A stretch of DNA of 64,000 nt, from contig NC_043006.1 in assembly GCF_006345805.1 (NCBI RefSeq), forward strand, positions 46,810,001 through 46,874,000, written 5' to 3'. Position 1 is the stretch's first letter. Each line of letters begins with the position of its first letter. A program made the translations under genes and the position numbers. Below the pieces are notes generated by a model, which ran no database searches, was not told the DNA's origin, and saw only the letters and a program-made list of their open reading frames with translations. Positions 13,818 to 27,837 of the stretch are shown piece after piece. This DNA is from Octopus sinensis (taxonomy: Eukaryota).

Positions 13818-13900
13818 GCCACTACTACAACTACTACTGCCACTACTACTACTTCCACTGCCACTACTACTACTACTGCCACTACTACAACTACTAAAAT
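13245..13900. repeat. Compound trinucleotide array (ACC/ACT/GCT/GCC)
   Basis: Higher-order units such as (GCT)nGCC(ACT)n following a degraded SINE fragment. Confidence 0.9.
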
Positions 13901-14730
13901 GCTAGCGGAAGAACATGCAGAAAGAAATGAATCGTGGATTTATTTACCCACTCTTTATTTTAACCTGTTTTGTGCAATTCCTTCAAAGCCGTTTGATTTT
14001 GAATTTGCCAATTGTTACGTGCTGGTTTCACTACTTCAACGTCAAACATTATGAATACCTGACTATTGAAAATGTTCCTTATTGATATTTGAAGATGATG
14101 AAAGCAGTAGATTTGCAGAATCACTAGACAGCTGGAAAAGAAATCTCTTGCAGCATCTTTTTCTCATTTATTCATTCGTAGTTCAAATCGCACTGTGGTT
14201 TAATGGTGCCTTTCATAACTTCAGGGTCTATAGAGTAAAATACCGGTGAACTACCGGAATATGGACTAAACTCCCTCTACTTGAAAGGACTCGCCTAGTT
14301 TTGATATTATAAACAGTCATTTGGAGAGTAGTAAGGTTGTAGTTGGCAGGAATATAATAGCCTCATACAAATTGCCTTGCCGTATTTGTTTCAGTTGTCG
14401 ACGATCTCAGTTGAAGTTACACCGTGAACAACTTTACCGTTCGTCTTTCTGGTGGCAATGAAATAAAGTAGTTGTAGGGTAATATTGGCACATGTAATCA
14501 ATTGCCCCATTCCATCCAATTTCTGCTTCTCTGTCAATTTCACAGACAGTTATTCGAGGAGCATTGCTAAGTAGAATCCCTATAACATCGGACAAAATAT
14601 CTTGCGATGTATAATTACTTACCTTTACATGAAAAATTTCATTTAGAACGATTTCAGCTTAACCGCTATACATACATAAATGATATCTATATAACGCATG
14701 CGAGATATTTACCTTCTATGTAAGCTGTTG

Positions 14731-15280
14731 TGGAGGCGCGTAGCTTAGTGGTTAGGGTGTTGAACTCATGTTCGTAAGGTTGTGGTTTCGATTCCTGGAC
14801 CGGGCGATGCGTTGTGTTCTTGAGCAAAATACTTCATTTTCACGTTGCTCCAGTCCACTCAGCTGGCAAAAATGAGTAACGCTGCGACGGACCGGCGTCC
14901 CATCCATGTGGGGAATTTCTACGCCACTGAAACCGGGAAACCAGCCCTTATGAGCCTGGCATGGCTCGAGAAAGAACATTTGTGGAGGCCCATGGCCTAG
15001 TGGTTAGAGCAGCGGACTCGCGGTCGAGGGATCGCGGGTTCGAATCTCAGACCGGGCGATTTGTGTGTTTATGAGCGAAACACCTTAGCTCCACGCGGCT
15101 CCGGCAGAAGGTAATGGTGAACTTCTGCTGACTCTTTAAAACGACTTTCTCTCACTCTTTCCTCTTGCATCTTGCAGCTCACCTGCGACGGACCAGCGTC
15201 CCGTCAAGGTGGGGAACCTATACGCCAAGAAAACCGTGAAACCGGCCCTATAAGCCAGGCGTGGCTCGAGAAGGAAGAAA
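14731..15280 (+). mobile_element. Head-to-tail heterodimer of two tRNA-derived SINEs under one TSD
   Basis: Two A/B-box heads (~14731, ~14983); CTATGTAAGC(T/A)GTTG at 14716-14730 and 15281-15295. Confidence 0.85.
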
Positions 15281-15908
15281 CTATGTAAGCAGTTGATATA
15301 AAATTGAACATAAAACAAATTATCTCAAGAGAGTAATGCCAGCATCCATTTTCATACGTTACCTTTATGACTGAATGATTCGATCCCTATATGCATGGAA
15401 TTGCATATTGTTTCTTCATATGTATAAGTATTTAAATAATCAATCCCAGGGGCTATCTTTTATGTTAATTGAGGGATTTCTCTTTATAAAATTAATGGTC
15501 AATTTTATTAAATTTTCCAGCTATTAGAATAAGGAATTTTTCTTAAAAACATGACTGTATCAAAGCTGGTTTTAAGCATATCAAACGTAAATATTTCGAT
15601 CTTATATTCTTAATATGTGAGAAGTAATACTATAAGTTTCTTTATTGGAAATTAATCCTAATTACCATAAAATTATTTATAAACCCATACAAAACAGAAT
15701 TGATTATGCAACTGTCCTTCGAGCATTAATCACATCGGTATAATCAAAGGCCATCACAACTTAATCTATCTATCTCTCTATCTATTCATGTAATATAATG
15801 CAATATAATATGTCATAAATATATATATATATATATTATAATTTGATATAATATATATAATGTATAGTATAACATACTTTAACATAATATAAAATAATTA
15901 TATATGAT

Positions 15909-15957
<49 letters not shown>

Positions 15958-16263
15958 TTGATATAATATATATAATGTATATTATAACATAATTTAACAT
16001 AATATAAAATAATTATATATGATTATATATATATATATAAATATATAAATATATATGTATGTATTCTTATAGTTATTTGAATACTTTTAACAGATGCTTT
16101 ATTTCAGTAAACGATCCCACTTAAGAACGTATATTTCATAAAGTCACGAAAGCTTGGGAACTTAAGTGTCACTTCAGGTTATATGCATAAGTGCTATTTA
16201 AAGTGGTCTTAGTATAACGAGGAGTATTTTATTTTCTGTATACATATAATTGTTTCAAGTTTC

Positions 16264-16462
16264 GGCACAAGGAAACCAATTTCGTGGAAGGGGAAAAGTC
16301 GATTGCATTGACTCCAGTGTTCGACTGGTACGTATTTTATCGACACCGGAAATGATAAATGACAATGTCGACCTCGGCGAAATTTGAACTCGGAACGTAA
16401 CTCTGGACGAAATGTCGATAAGCCCTTTGGCCGTCGCGTTGATGATCAGCCAGCTCGCCGCC
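16264..16462 (-). mobile_element. tRNA-derived SINE (family A)
   Basis: Reverse complement of ggcggcgagctggc..ttcaaatt(c)cgccgaggtcgac..gtcgataaaa..gtaccag. Confidence 0.8.
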
Positions 16463-16553
16463 CTCTCTATATCCACACACACACACACACACACACATAT
16501 ACATGTATAAATGTACACACATACACCACACACACATATGTATCGATGTACAC

Positions 16554-16585
<32 letters not shown>

Positions 16586-16882
16586 GCACAATATTTGTTA
16601 CTCGGCACGAAATTCCTCTATTTCATAAGAAAAATATGGAACTATAACTTTGAATTATGAATTTGTATTTTAATACAAGCTTCAATATCCAGCTAAATAC
16701 ACTTCTTATTGTCGAATTCTTCAATATCATACATCTATCATTTATATATATTTCTAAAACCGGCACAAAGATATACAATATAAAGAAAGCTAAAGTCGAT
16801 CTACGTAGCCTCCTTGTTTTCAATGAACATTTTGTCAACCCAGAAAAAGAAAAAAAGCATGTTACATTTTAATTACTCGTTA

Positions 16883-17636
16883 TGAGGTGACTTCAAAACG
16901 TAGCCGAATTTATTCTTCCCTGCCAAAACTAATGCTGTGTGGGCAAAATCCTTTCGATGAGAGGTTACGCCAACCGTCCTGTATCGGTCCGAAAGTTGTT
17001 TTCGCACCATTAGTCCGCGTTGATTGCTGGCTGTTACACCTAGAGTATATTCATGTAGTTCGCACTCGTCAGGTTTTTGCTTTCACCGAACGCATTGAAC
17101 AGTGATATTGCATTAAGTTATGCTTGGGGATACTCCAGTTCAAAAGATCCAGAAAACTCAGTAGGCCTTTGGCGATGATGCCATGGGGTGGGGTGGGGTA
17201 TCAGTTCAAGGAGTGATACAATCGCTTCAAACATGGCTGCACCTCATGGAGAGCTGGGATTGTTCAAGCAGGTCATCCACAGGCCGAAAGAAGGATCCGA
17301 TTGAGAAAGTTCGGCAAATAGTCACAGGTAACCGTCATGTAACAACTCAGGAAACTGCTCACGAAGTGAGAACAAGCACAGGACCATCGCATTCCATTTT
17401 AATTAAGGATCCGCGCATGCGGTAAGTGTCGGCGAAATTCGTAATCATGGTCCGTGTGGAACAAGAGAAACAGCTCAGCATGAAAATCGTCCAGGACATG
17501 CTGGGGAAAACCACGACCCAGACCTCATGCAAACTGTCATCACTGGGGATTGGACACAGATTTATCGCCTCTGCTCCATGCGTTCGGTCATCTTGCATGA
17601 AAACGAAAATCTGATTATACTTTCGAACACACCTGA
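16883..17636 (+). mobile_element. Mariner remnant (irritans-like), internally deleted
   Basis: EKVRQIVTGNRHVTTQETAHEV..MR*VSAKFV..VITGD transposase motifs; weak TIR-like ends. Confidence 0.75.
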
Positions 17637-18024
17637 ATTATTTCATGAGTACCACACAGCATATATGTAGATGACGGCTACGTATTCAGAATCATTACAG
17701 AATCATTGGAAAAAGATGTTGCCATTCGCCTGGAAAGCGATATAATAGGGGGGAAATAAAACACAACTCGAATTGAAGTCATTCAACTGAATATACACGA
17801 AAGAAAAACATAAGACTTAACGAAAATTTACAGTTACACAATAGTCACAAAAAAGTGTTTTTGACTTGAGACCGAGACAAGCAGAGAGAATTCTAGAGTA
17901 CTGCATCATCTGCACCTATAAATGCATGTAAACACATACAAAATGCACACACACACTTACGTATATATTTTACACGTGTTAATACATGTACATGCAATTG
18001 TATATGTTTAAACTTATATGCATA

Positions 18025-18959
18025 TCAGGTTGAGTAAAAAAGTAAGTAACGTTTTGAACCATAAAGAATTTGTACTGGATTTTGCAGAGTTTTGAATTTT
18101 TTTAAACATTTTACTGATAATACAGCCATAGACTTGCCCAAATGCATCAATGAACTAACATTTGTATTTTTCCCCGTTGTTACAATCATCTGAAATGGAA
18201 CTGTGAAAGCGCGATATTCGAGCAATTTTGGTATTCAACTTGAAAAAAAGACAGAGTGGATGAAACGGCTCGCGATATCTACAAAAGTTTGGTGAGGAAA
18301 TGACCAATGAGTGGTCAGCTCGAAAATGCTTTAAACGATTTCGCAGTGGAGAACTTAGCCTTGAAGATCGTGAGCGTAGTGGACACCTATCTTTCATCAA
18401 TGACGGCCTTCAATTGGCCGTCATTGAGAAAGTTCCACGTAAAACAACACGAGAACTGGCGAAAGAACTTCAAGTTAGCCAGAAAACTGCCTGGAACCAT
18501 TTGCATGCAATTCGAAAATCATAAAAATGACGCAACAAATGTGTACCACACAATGCGCAGATATGAAATTTACGCATAGCTTCTTCTCCGAAACTAGACC
18601 TATCCATCTCTCAGCCAATCATTCTTCATGGCAATGCTTGAGCACAGGTTTCACTAATAACGCTCCAGAAGTTGGGGGAACTTGGCTACGAAGTTCTTCC
18701 CCACCCAGCTTATTCTCTAGAACTTTCTCCGGCCGACTATCACTTTTTCAAGCGTCTTGATGCTGAAAGTGTGTTCAAAGACTTCAGCATCTCCAGAACC
18801 CAGATTTTTATGTTACCGGAATAAAGAAACCTGTAACTCGTTGGCACAAACCTGTTGATTGTAATTGTACTTATTTGAGGAATAAAATTTCTGCATTGTT
18901 TAAATATATTGTGATGAATTTCATGTTTCAAAACGTTGCTTACTTTTTACTCAGCCTGA
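18025..18959 (+). mobile_element. Mariner element (Hsmar1/cecropia-like), internally deleted, both TIRs and TA TSD
   Basis: TIRs TCAGGTTGAGTAAAAAAGTAAGTAACGTTTTGAA and ..AAAACGTTGCTTACTTTTTACTCAGCCTGA, TA on both sides; FKRFRSGELSLEDRERSG, TTRELAKEL, PHPAYSLELSPADYHFFK. Confidence 0.92.
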
Positions 18960-18969
18960 TATACACACA

Positions 18970-19012
<43 letters not shown>

Positions 19013-19088
19013 GTGTGTGCGTGAGTATATAAAATGATATCCATTTAGATATTTGTATTTCCGCATGTGTAATTTTCATTGAATTAAT

Positions 19089-19124
<36 letters not shown>

Positions 19125-20419
19125 GCGGTTATTTTCAGAAGTATGATATCAATATGCTTTTAAGTATTTATGTAATCAATTGGATTGTGCGGAAGCCCCT
19201 GAGTCTATCTTTTTGAGTTAATAGCAATATTTACTGGATATAAACTTATAGATCAATAATATAAAATTTTCCAACTATTAGGATTAATAGCAATATGTGT
19301 AATTCCTCTTGTGGATTTGTTCAAAAAATGGCCGCTCCTCTTAGCTTTTAACCTTATCAAGTTCAAATAATACCAAGTCCTTAAATTCTTTATAGGCGAG
19401 GAATAAAGATATAAAATTGTCGATAAAATACTCCCTTATTTATCTTAATACCGTTTTCAAAACAATAGAAATTGGAATTGATTATTCTATTGTACTTTGA
19501 ACACTTACCAGAACCGCTTAATGAAACAAACGCCATTAAATCATAATATATATTTCATATATTTATACCTTTCAGTACAACATATGTGTTTAATGTGCTT
19601 CCTAGAAGCATGTAAGTATAATCCTCGCTTCCATAAACGAACGGCTTCAAGAGCATGCTTATAGTAAACATGGTCACTAAATATTAATAATTTATCTACC
19701 ACTTAAGATTATATACGAGTGTTCTTTTAAGTGGCCTCAGCGTATATATAAGTATGTAGAGAAATTGCCCACTTTATTCTTCGGAGATATATTGATTTTT
19801 ATTCTCGGGCATACAATGCAACATATGTATTGCGAAAATGTAATTTTGAATTATGAAACTTTACATAGGCAATAAAATTCGTGATGTACATAAATTATTG
19901 ACTCGTACCTTGTTTTGTCGACTGTGCAATAATGAAAATCATGCTGCTTTTATATTCTGTGGTTTTCTTCTCTCATTCCATTTTCTATAGATACTTCCAC
20001 TACACACAAATGTACACAGAGACACAAATGTACACAGGCACAGCAAATACACCTGAGAAAATGAAAAGAATGTGGCCACATTACAGTCAGAAAACGTACA
20101 TCCAAGTAGCTTCTTCTTTTACGCTATAGTAAAAAAATAATTCACAGATTTCATGTAAAGTAATTCTAGTTCAAATAGCTGAATGTTATGCCTTCGTGAA
20201 ATATCTTGAACAGGGTTAAGAAAATTTACATAATTAGCCTTTTGTTTCTCTCTAGAACGTGTAGCGGGAAACTGGGAACAATTGAACTAGAGAGGTTGGA
20301 AAAAAAACGCAAAATTAAACTGAGGGAAAAGGCTGGAGGTGTAGAACATATTGGGATGTTCAATCTTCAGACAATGAGATTTTATAGAATATGTGAATAG
20401 GGGTTTTTATGAGCAAAAG

Positions 20420-20640
20420 TGCTACTGTACCAAATTGCGAAGGAAATAAGAGTCGACAAAAACAACCTGCATGTACAAGAAAATAGAAAAACTGGTGAAA
20501 CCGTTAGTAATTCTACTTCAATACATATGTTGAACAACGCACGTGATGATGGTTCTTCGTAACTCGAAAGAAGTTGGAGAAACCTCGGACTAGTTCAGAG
20601 GAATATATTTGTGGAAAGTGTAGTCTCACCAGAATTTGAC
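20420..20640 (+). mobile_element. Possible Tc1-like transposase N-terminal HTH remnant
   Basis: LYQIAKEIRVDK..KTGETV..ARDD..RN(P)RTSSEE, needing one frameshift; weak. Confidence 0.3.
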
Positions 20641-20820
20641 AGTCGTGGGGTGCCCTGAAAATACTTAGAAATCAATCTTTCAACCTTTCGTTTATACTAC
20701 AGTCTGTACTAAATATTTAACAGTTTGCACGTGCATTATTGTGTACATGTAGCCGTTTGTAATCACTTTGTCATATTCTGTATCATCCAGTTTAGTAGAC
20801 ATAACATTAATGACAGTACC

Positions 20821-21163
20821 TGTGAAGGCGCATGGCTCAGTGGTTAGAGCATCGAGCTTACGATCGAGAGGTTGTGAGCTCGAATCCCGGTCTGGGCTGC
20901 GTGTTGTGTTCTTGAGCAAAGCACTTTATTTTTCACGTTGCTCCAGTTCACTCAGCTGTAGAAATGAGTTGCGACGTCACAGGTGCCAAGCTGTATCGAC
21001 CTTTGTCTTTCTCTTGGATAACACTGGTGGCGTGGAGAGGGGAGGCTGGTATGCATGGGCGACTGCTGGTCTTCCATAAACAACCTTGCCCGGACTTGTG
21101 TCTAGGAGGGTAACTTTCTAGGTGCAATCCCATGGTCATTCATGACCGAAGGGGGTCTTTACC
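20821..21163 (+). mobile_element. tRNA-derived SINE (family D)
   Basis: A box TGGCTCAGTGGTTAG and B box; body matches the copy at 61940-62220. Confidence 0.85.
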
Positions 21164-21730
21164 TTTTATCTGTATTAGTCGTCATCGTCATCTATCTCCT
21201 TTATTTCCTTCTCCTACTACTACGAATAATGATAATTTCAAATTTAAGCACAGGAAGCCAATTGCGTGGCGATGGTTCGAAAACAATACATAATCAAGTA
21301 CAAGATTCGTATTTATTTCATTGTACCAGAAAAATGAAAATAAGAAATGGTTTCTGTAGGATTTGACCTCAGAAAGCAAAGAGTTAAGCATTAGTATATG
21401 CTATTGTATCACATAGGCCGTGCCACTTTTTATAAACTCCTTACTTTCTTTTATTGTTATAAACTATGGCTGTGAATTTGCGAAATTTGTAGTGTGAGCA
21501 GAATTCTTTGTTTTTATATGTGTTTAGAACTTTTGCGGTTAGGATAGTCATCTGTATTCTATTTCCCTGCGAATATGAAGGTAAGTAAAAGTCGTTAGGT
21601 TGAGAGGAGTTTAATCAATCGTGATTCAACAAATTTCAGAAATTGTGTGCCACTTTCTTTTTTGTTTCAGAGAATGATGTATAGCAAACCACTTGATCGC
21701 CTGAAAGATCTACCTGTCTTAAAAGAACAT

Positions 21731-21945
21731 TCAAGGATGTACTGAAAAGTTCCTGGCCTTAAGTGTATTGCGGAAGGCCTGGCAGGAGGCCCAGCCTTCC
21801 GAGTTCTTTAACAGGGCTTAGAAAAACTGATGACCCGCTGCAATAATTATGAATCTCAGAGAGGAACATATTGAATAAAATCATAATCAATTGAATATCC
21901 TGCATTTTCTTTTAACCAGAGCCAAGAACTTTTCAGTACATCTCA
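21731..21945. mobile_element. Mariner-derived MITE (~215 bp)
   Basis: Inverted ends GATGTACTGAAAAGTTCCTGGC / GCCAAGAACTTTTCAGTACATC; interior reads QGLEKLMTRCN..EHIE*, like a transposase C-terminus. Confidence 0.8.
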
Positions 21946-22138
21946 TATGTGACGCATCAAGTTAGATACCATCTAAACTAAAGATCAGTGAACTATGAGT
22001 TACGCCATTTTCTTTGAAAACAAAAATATTTTCTATGTATAGAGAAAACGAAGCATTCTAATTTTACTAACAATTGAGATTGATATAACTGCTCCAAATT
22101 TCCAGATTTTAATGAAAGTGATCGCGCCCTATATATGA

Positions 22139-22511
22139 TCTGTATATATAAAAGGCAGGATATATAAAAGGCATGTATATATAAAAGGCACCAGTGACTA
22201 GCAGTAAAAATAAATTTTCAACCAAAACTTTTAACAATTTTCAAGTCGGAGAAATCACCAATGTTTGCAAACAGGAGTTAAGTCCCCTCCTAGTGACGAG
22301 TAAGTTTTTGTTAAGACTTTTGTTGTTGTTTCTATCGAGGAAAATAGTGTTTTGTTGATATACAGGCAACGCGCGCACACACCACACACACACACAACAC
22401 ACACACCACACACACACACACACACACATGTATGCGTACAAAAATATGTATGCAATAGGTGTACGTACGTGCGTGTATGTGTGAGTGTGTAGTGTGTATG
22501 TGTGTGTGTTG

Positions 22512-22557
<46 letters not shown>

Positions 22558-22679
22558 CCAATTTCATCGGATTTCGCCCATATTTGACGTCGATGTTACA
22601 TAGTTTGTTTTGAAATAAAGAACTTGATTAGCTTAATAAACCTAACTTAATCCCGGTCAAAGCCGGGTTATACTGCTAC
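22139..22679 (+). mobile_element. Probable non-autonomous Helitron
   Basis: 5' A|TCTGTATATATAAAAGG; 3' hairpin CCCGG-TCAAAG-CCGGG (22652-22667) then 8 nt and CTA(C), an imperfect CTRR; internal microsatellites. Confidence 0.55.
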
Positions 22680-23218
22680 AAATAGACAGTTTTTTAACGC
22701 AACGACATTGCATAGGACGGCTAAAATGCTGCTCAGAAAAAAATCGGCCAGGTATTATTGCAAAGATATTATAAATGCAAAGGAAGTGAAAATGAGTCAA
22801 ACACGTAACTGCTTATTTAGAACAATTCACTAAACGTTCTGCCAATTCGCCGTTTTCTAGTTTTCTACATTACTGAGGTTATCTAAAATATATATATAAC
22901 ACACAGAAATATTATCAAAATTCAATTAAATCTAGCTTTCTCGCCTTTTAAATCAAAAGGAGGCGTTAGAATAGATATAATATTAAATATTAATATAACA
23001 CATTTTAATATACATCATATGATCTCTCCTCTCTCCAATTTCAGTATGAATTTAAGAAGTGACTTAGGATTTTGTCACGTGTCTATTTTTTTATGAATAC
23101 GCACTTGTAAAGATACTTTCTTTCTTGTCCAATAATGTGCAGATATCCTCCTTTCTCTTTCTTTTTCTCTCTTTCTTTCTTTCCCTCCCCTCTCAATTAT
23201 CCTCTCTCCTTATGTGCG

Positions 23219-23253
<35 letters not shown>

Positions 23254-23376
23254 CCACACATATATATATATAGATATATATATATCTATATATATAATAT
23301 ATAATATATATATATATTATATGTAAGCTGTTATTATATTTCTCAGAATTTATGAGAAATTAAGTCATAACCTATG

Positions 23377-23439
<63 letters not shown>

Positions 23440-23505
23440 GTAAGCCTGTTATTATATTTCTGATTATGAGAAATTAAGTCATAACATATGTATATATATA
23501 TTATA

Positions 23506-23549
<44 letters not shown>

Positions 23550-23819
23550 ACATACATAGTACACGTACAAATCTAAACATACGGTGACGTACCGCACCTA
23601 TATGTAATATGTATGTATGTATGTATGTATTGATATGTATGAGTATATATGTACCCATGTATGCAGTTAGGTATAACATAAATCTTGAGTATCGTATATC
23701 CGGCTATTACACTACAATCACAAATACGTTGACACACACGGATGCGCAAACACATGCAGAAACTTACACATATTTTTGTATTTTATATATGTGCGTGTGT
23801 GTGTACATATTTTAACAGT

Positions 23820-24269
23820 TATGTAAATATATATATACATACATACATATATATATACATACATACATATACATACATATATATATATACATACATACAT
23901 ATACATACATATATATATATATACATACATACATATACATACATATATATATATACATACATACATATACATACATATATATATATATACATACATACAT
24001 ATATATATACATACATACATATAATGGTGGTGCCCCAGCATGGCCACAGCTCATTAGCTGAAACTGGAAAATCAAAATCAAATCAAAAATACATACATAT
24101 ATATATATAACATACATACATATACATACATATATATATATATATACATACATATACATACATATATATATATATACATACATACATATACATACATACA
24201 TATATATATATACATACATACATATACATACATATATATATATACATATATATATATACATATATATAT

Positions 24270-24302
<33 letters not shown>

Positions 24303-24327
24303 TACATACATACATACATACATATAT

Positions 24328-24360
<33 letters not shown>

Positions 24361-24405
24361 TATACATACATACATATATATATATACATACATACATATA
24401 TATAT

Positions 24406-24436
<31 letters not shown>

Positions 24437-24454
24437 CATACATACATACATATA

Positions 24455-24488
<34 letters not shown>

Positions 24489-24650
24489 CACACATACATA
24501 CATATACATACATATACATATACATACATATATACATATACATACATACATATATACATACATATATACATATACATACATACATATATACATATACATA
24601 TACATGCATATATATATACATATATATACATATATAAATACACACACATA
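23820..24650. repeat. (TACA)n/(TA)n compound array containing a SINE 3' fragment (24020-24085)
   Basis: Tandem units; ggtggtgccccagcatggccacagc fragment. Confidence 0.92.
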
Positions 24651-25142
24651 CGTATACATGTCTACATGCATAAGTACGGATGTGTATATGTACGTACGTG
24701 AGATCTTTTAAACAAAGTGCTTGGTTAAAGAATCTCAGCGATGGAAGGGAGGCGGGAAATGTGGCAGATGAGATTAATGTCTAAAAGAACCTTAATTGGT
24801 TTTTAATACCTCTTTTCTAATCATTGCTTCCAGATTTCAACTGATGATGCCCTGATAGTTCTGTTTCATTATCGTCTGGCTCCCTGTGGTGTAAACATTG
24901 ACACCTTCCTCTACAGTAGCATAAGCACCATCAATATCTCGGATAACTACTTCACCAGCGTCATCAATAGTATTTACAACTCTACAACTAAAACTACATT
25001 TTTAACGACGCTAAAATTAACGACTGTACCAACACTACCGAGACAGGCGACAATATAATATGAAACACAACTATTACAACGACAACTAACCATTTCTAGA
25101 TCCATTAATACTACAAATTATACGCGTATGATTGTGTTTATA

Positions 25143-25760
25143 TCAGGTTGGTGCAAAAGTAACGGCCGATTTCTAGAAATAATTTTTCAGAAAGAATTTA
25201 TCAATTTTCTAAAGTTTTCTTATAGTTTTAAGATATCGCTGCGTCTCATTTGTAATATTTTCTTTCATATTATCTAACTCCTGGCCATAATTCTCAGAAA
25301 ATTTTACCACCATGTTTGTCACATCTAAAGGTCACATAAATGTTTTACTCTACGAGTTTCATAAAAGGATTTAATGCAAGTTCGGCAGCATAATCTATTC
25401 AGAGAACGTATGGGGATGATGTAGTGAATGAAAGAGAGTGCAGGAGGTGGTTTTCCCGTTTCCCAAGTGGTGATTTCACTTTGAAAGAAGAGCCAAAAGA
25501 GGTTCGTCCAAAAAACTTGATTCCGAAATTTTGGAAGGTCTTGTTTATGAGAACTCTACTGTTACTACAAAAGAACTTGCCTAACATTAAAACGTGGCCC
25601 ATACAACCGTGGTTCGCCAGCTAAAACACATCAGAAAGAATTCAGCGGCTGGAAGATAGGTCCCTCACGAGCTGTCGCCAGAGAATCGAGAACAGCCTGC
25701 TGCTTGTTGTCAATCATTGCTTTCGCGACACATTCAAGCAACATTTTTAGACAGGCTGGT
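25143..25760 (+). mobile_element. Mariner (Hsmar1-like) 5' half
   Basis: TA|TCAGGTTGGTGCAAAAGTAA TIR; LLYEFH, ECRRWFSRF.SGDFTLKEE, TTKELA, VPHELS..FLDRLV; breaks just before TGDE. Confidence 0.88.
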
Positions 25761-26453
25761 TTAGATTAGACTGCTTTACCTTTCGTCCAGAATCGTATTG
25801 TGTCCACTGTCTGACCTTATTGACACTTGTATAACAGTTTCTATGCTCTGATCTGATTGGTAGTACTACCAATTCCTCTCAAGCGCTCTCAATTAATCCT
25901 CTTTCCTCTTCTGAAATACATTATGCATAGCATTACAATCCCCCGTGCCAAGATATTCAGTTTTTCAGTGAAATGATTAGTATAGTGCCTGGGCAACCTA
26001 AGGGTTAGTTCAGAGGCTTTCTGCAGGTGCCCACGTGCAATATTTTAAGCGGAACTTTCGGTGTGTCAGATCTGCGAATGCTATTGTATTCGTCACCCAA
26101 GTCAAAGTAGAAACTTGGAACAGCAGGTGCGTAACAAAGCAATAACGAAAACATAATAAAAATAATTTCCTTTCTAAGTTTGGCACAGTGCAAGTAGTTT
26201 TGAGAGGAGAGGTAAGCCAATTATATCGAAAGTATTACTTGGTTCATACTCTGTTTTACCAGTCCCGAAAGGATGAGAGGCCAAGTTTATCTCGGCGCTA
26301 TTTGAACATGCTAAATTTGTAGGAAATGATGCTTTGAACCTTATCTGATGTGTTAACGTTTCTATCAGCTCGCCGATTTAAACATATGGACAATAATGAT
26401 GATGATGATGATGATTATATAGTAATATTCCTTTCTATTTCTATTTCTATTTC

Positions 26454-26645
26454 AAGGTTTGAAATTTAGGGGAGTGTGAGGGTCGATTACATTGATCCAG
26501 TGCTTGACTGGTACTTAATTTATCGACCCCGAAAGGATGAAAGGTATAGTCGAACCCGGTAGAATTTGAACTCAGGACGTATCGACGAGCGAAATACCGT
26601 TATGCATTTAGTCCAGCGTGCTAACGAGTGTACCAGCTCACCGCC
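26454..26645 (-). mobile_element. SINE family A
   Basis: gaccccgaaaggatgaaaggt..gaatttgaactcag core; a further fragment lies at 26220-26310. Confidence 0.8.
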
Positions 26646-26685
26646 TTCAAGATTATATAATAAAGATAATAACAATAATAATGAA

Positions 26686-26720
<35 letters not shown>

Positions 26721-27477
26721 ATAATAATAATAATAATAATAAAAATAATGATAATAATAACCCCAAAATCATTAAACACTGATATTGATTGAAGCACGTG
26801 ACTAGTATTATGTAGTCTATTCAGCTTCTTAGATATCTAAAGAGTTCTTTCATTGTCTCTTTTCTTGTTATTTCCTTAACTTGATCAATCATCTCTCTTT
26901 CCAGTTAATTCCTCCGCTGCTATCTCCTCTTTTCAGACAGAATTTTTTTTTTATCTTCAACGTCTTTAACACTACATCTCATTCTTGAAATTAAAACTTG
27001 ACATCTTCTCGGTTTCATATCCATATATATATATATATATATTTAAAACCAAACTACTAATGGTGTATACTTTCTCAGAAGACGCAGACGGTTGGGAAAG
27101 ACAATACCAACATTTTTACACACCCATAATTTTTTTTTTTTTAATTTTAATGCATGCACAAGATATTGGTCCTGAAACATACACAGGGACACAAGTGCAC
27201 GACAACATACATATAGAAAGAGGTAATTAAAAAGAAAGTCACAGACATGCATAGACAAAGGCAGTTAAATTGGTATAAATATAAACAAACGCAGGCGATC
27301 AAAAACACAGATACTCATCTACATATGTATAAAGCACAAGATATACAGACATATTCACACATGTACATAAAGTCACATCAATCAAATGAGTTTACTTACA
27401 GGGCGTATACAGCTATATACAAGCGAGGACGCATATATATATCCATATAAAAGCGATAAATGTCGTTCATTTCGAGC

Positions 27478-27767
27478 CTAGCCAGGCTCAAGGGCCCAGT
27501 TTCCCGGTTTTTGTGGCGTATGTGTTCCCTGCAGCTGGACGGGACGCCAGTCCATCGCAGCGTTACTCAAGAAACAGGAAGAGAGAGTGAGAGACAGTTG
27601 TAGCGAAAGAGTACAACAGGGGTCACCACCACCCCCTGCCGGATACGCGTGGAGCTTTCTCTTTTTGGTGTTTTTGCTAAAAAAAAAGAAACAAAACGCC
27701 CAGGGATCGAAACCGCGAACCTCCGACCGCGAGTCCGCTGCCCTAACCACTGAGCCATTGCGCATCC
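27478..27767 (-). mobile_element. SINE family C
   Basis: tRNA head on the minus strand; matches 11082-11393. Confidence 0.85.
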
Positions 27768-27837
27768 ATACACACACACACACACACACACAGACACACA
27801 CACATATATACATATATACATATATACATGTATATGT

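Noticed and set aside
13165-13905. Overlapping 187-246 aa poly-L/P, poly-Y/C/H and poly-V/A ORFs
   Set aside because: Trinucleotide array open in several frames on both strands; it follows a SINE fragment and has no domain content
14983-15060. tRNA-like sequences with A/B boxes (many copies)
   Set aside because: These are SINE heads followed by SINE bodies; no complete cloverleaf acceptor stem, so not called tRNA genes
15836-16037. ~115-bp tandem duplications bounded by TA tracts (also 23321-23500)
   Set aside because: Explained by slippage or assembly error at microsatellites; cannot be distinguished without reads
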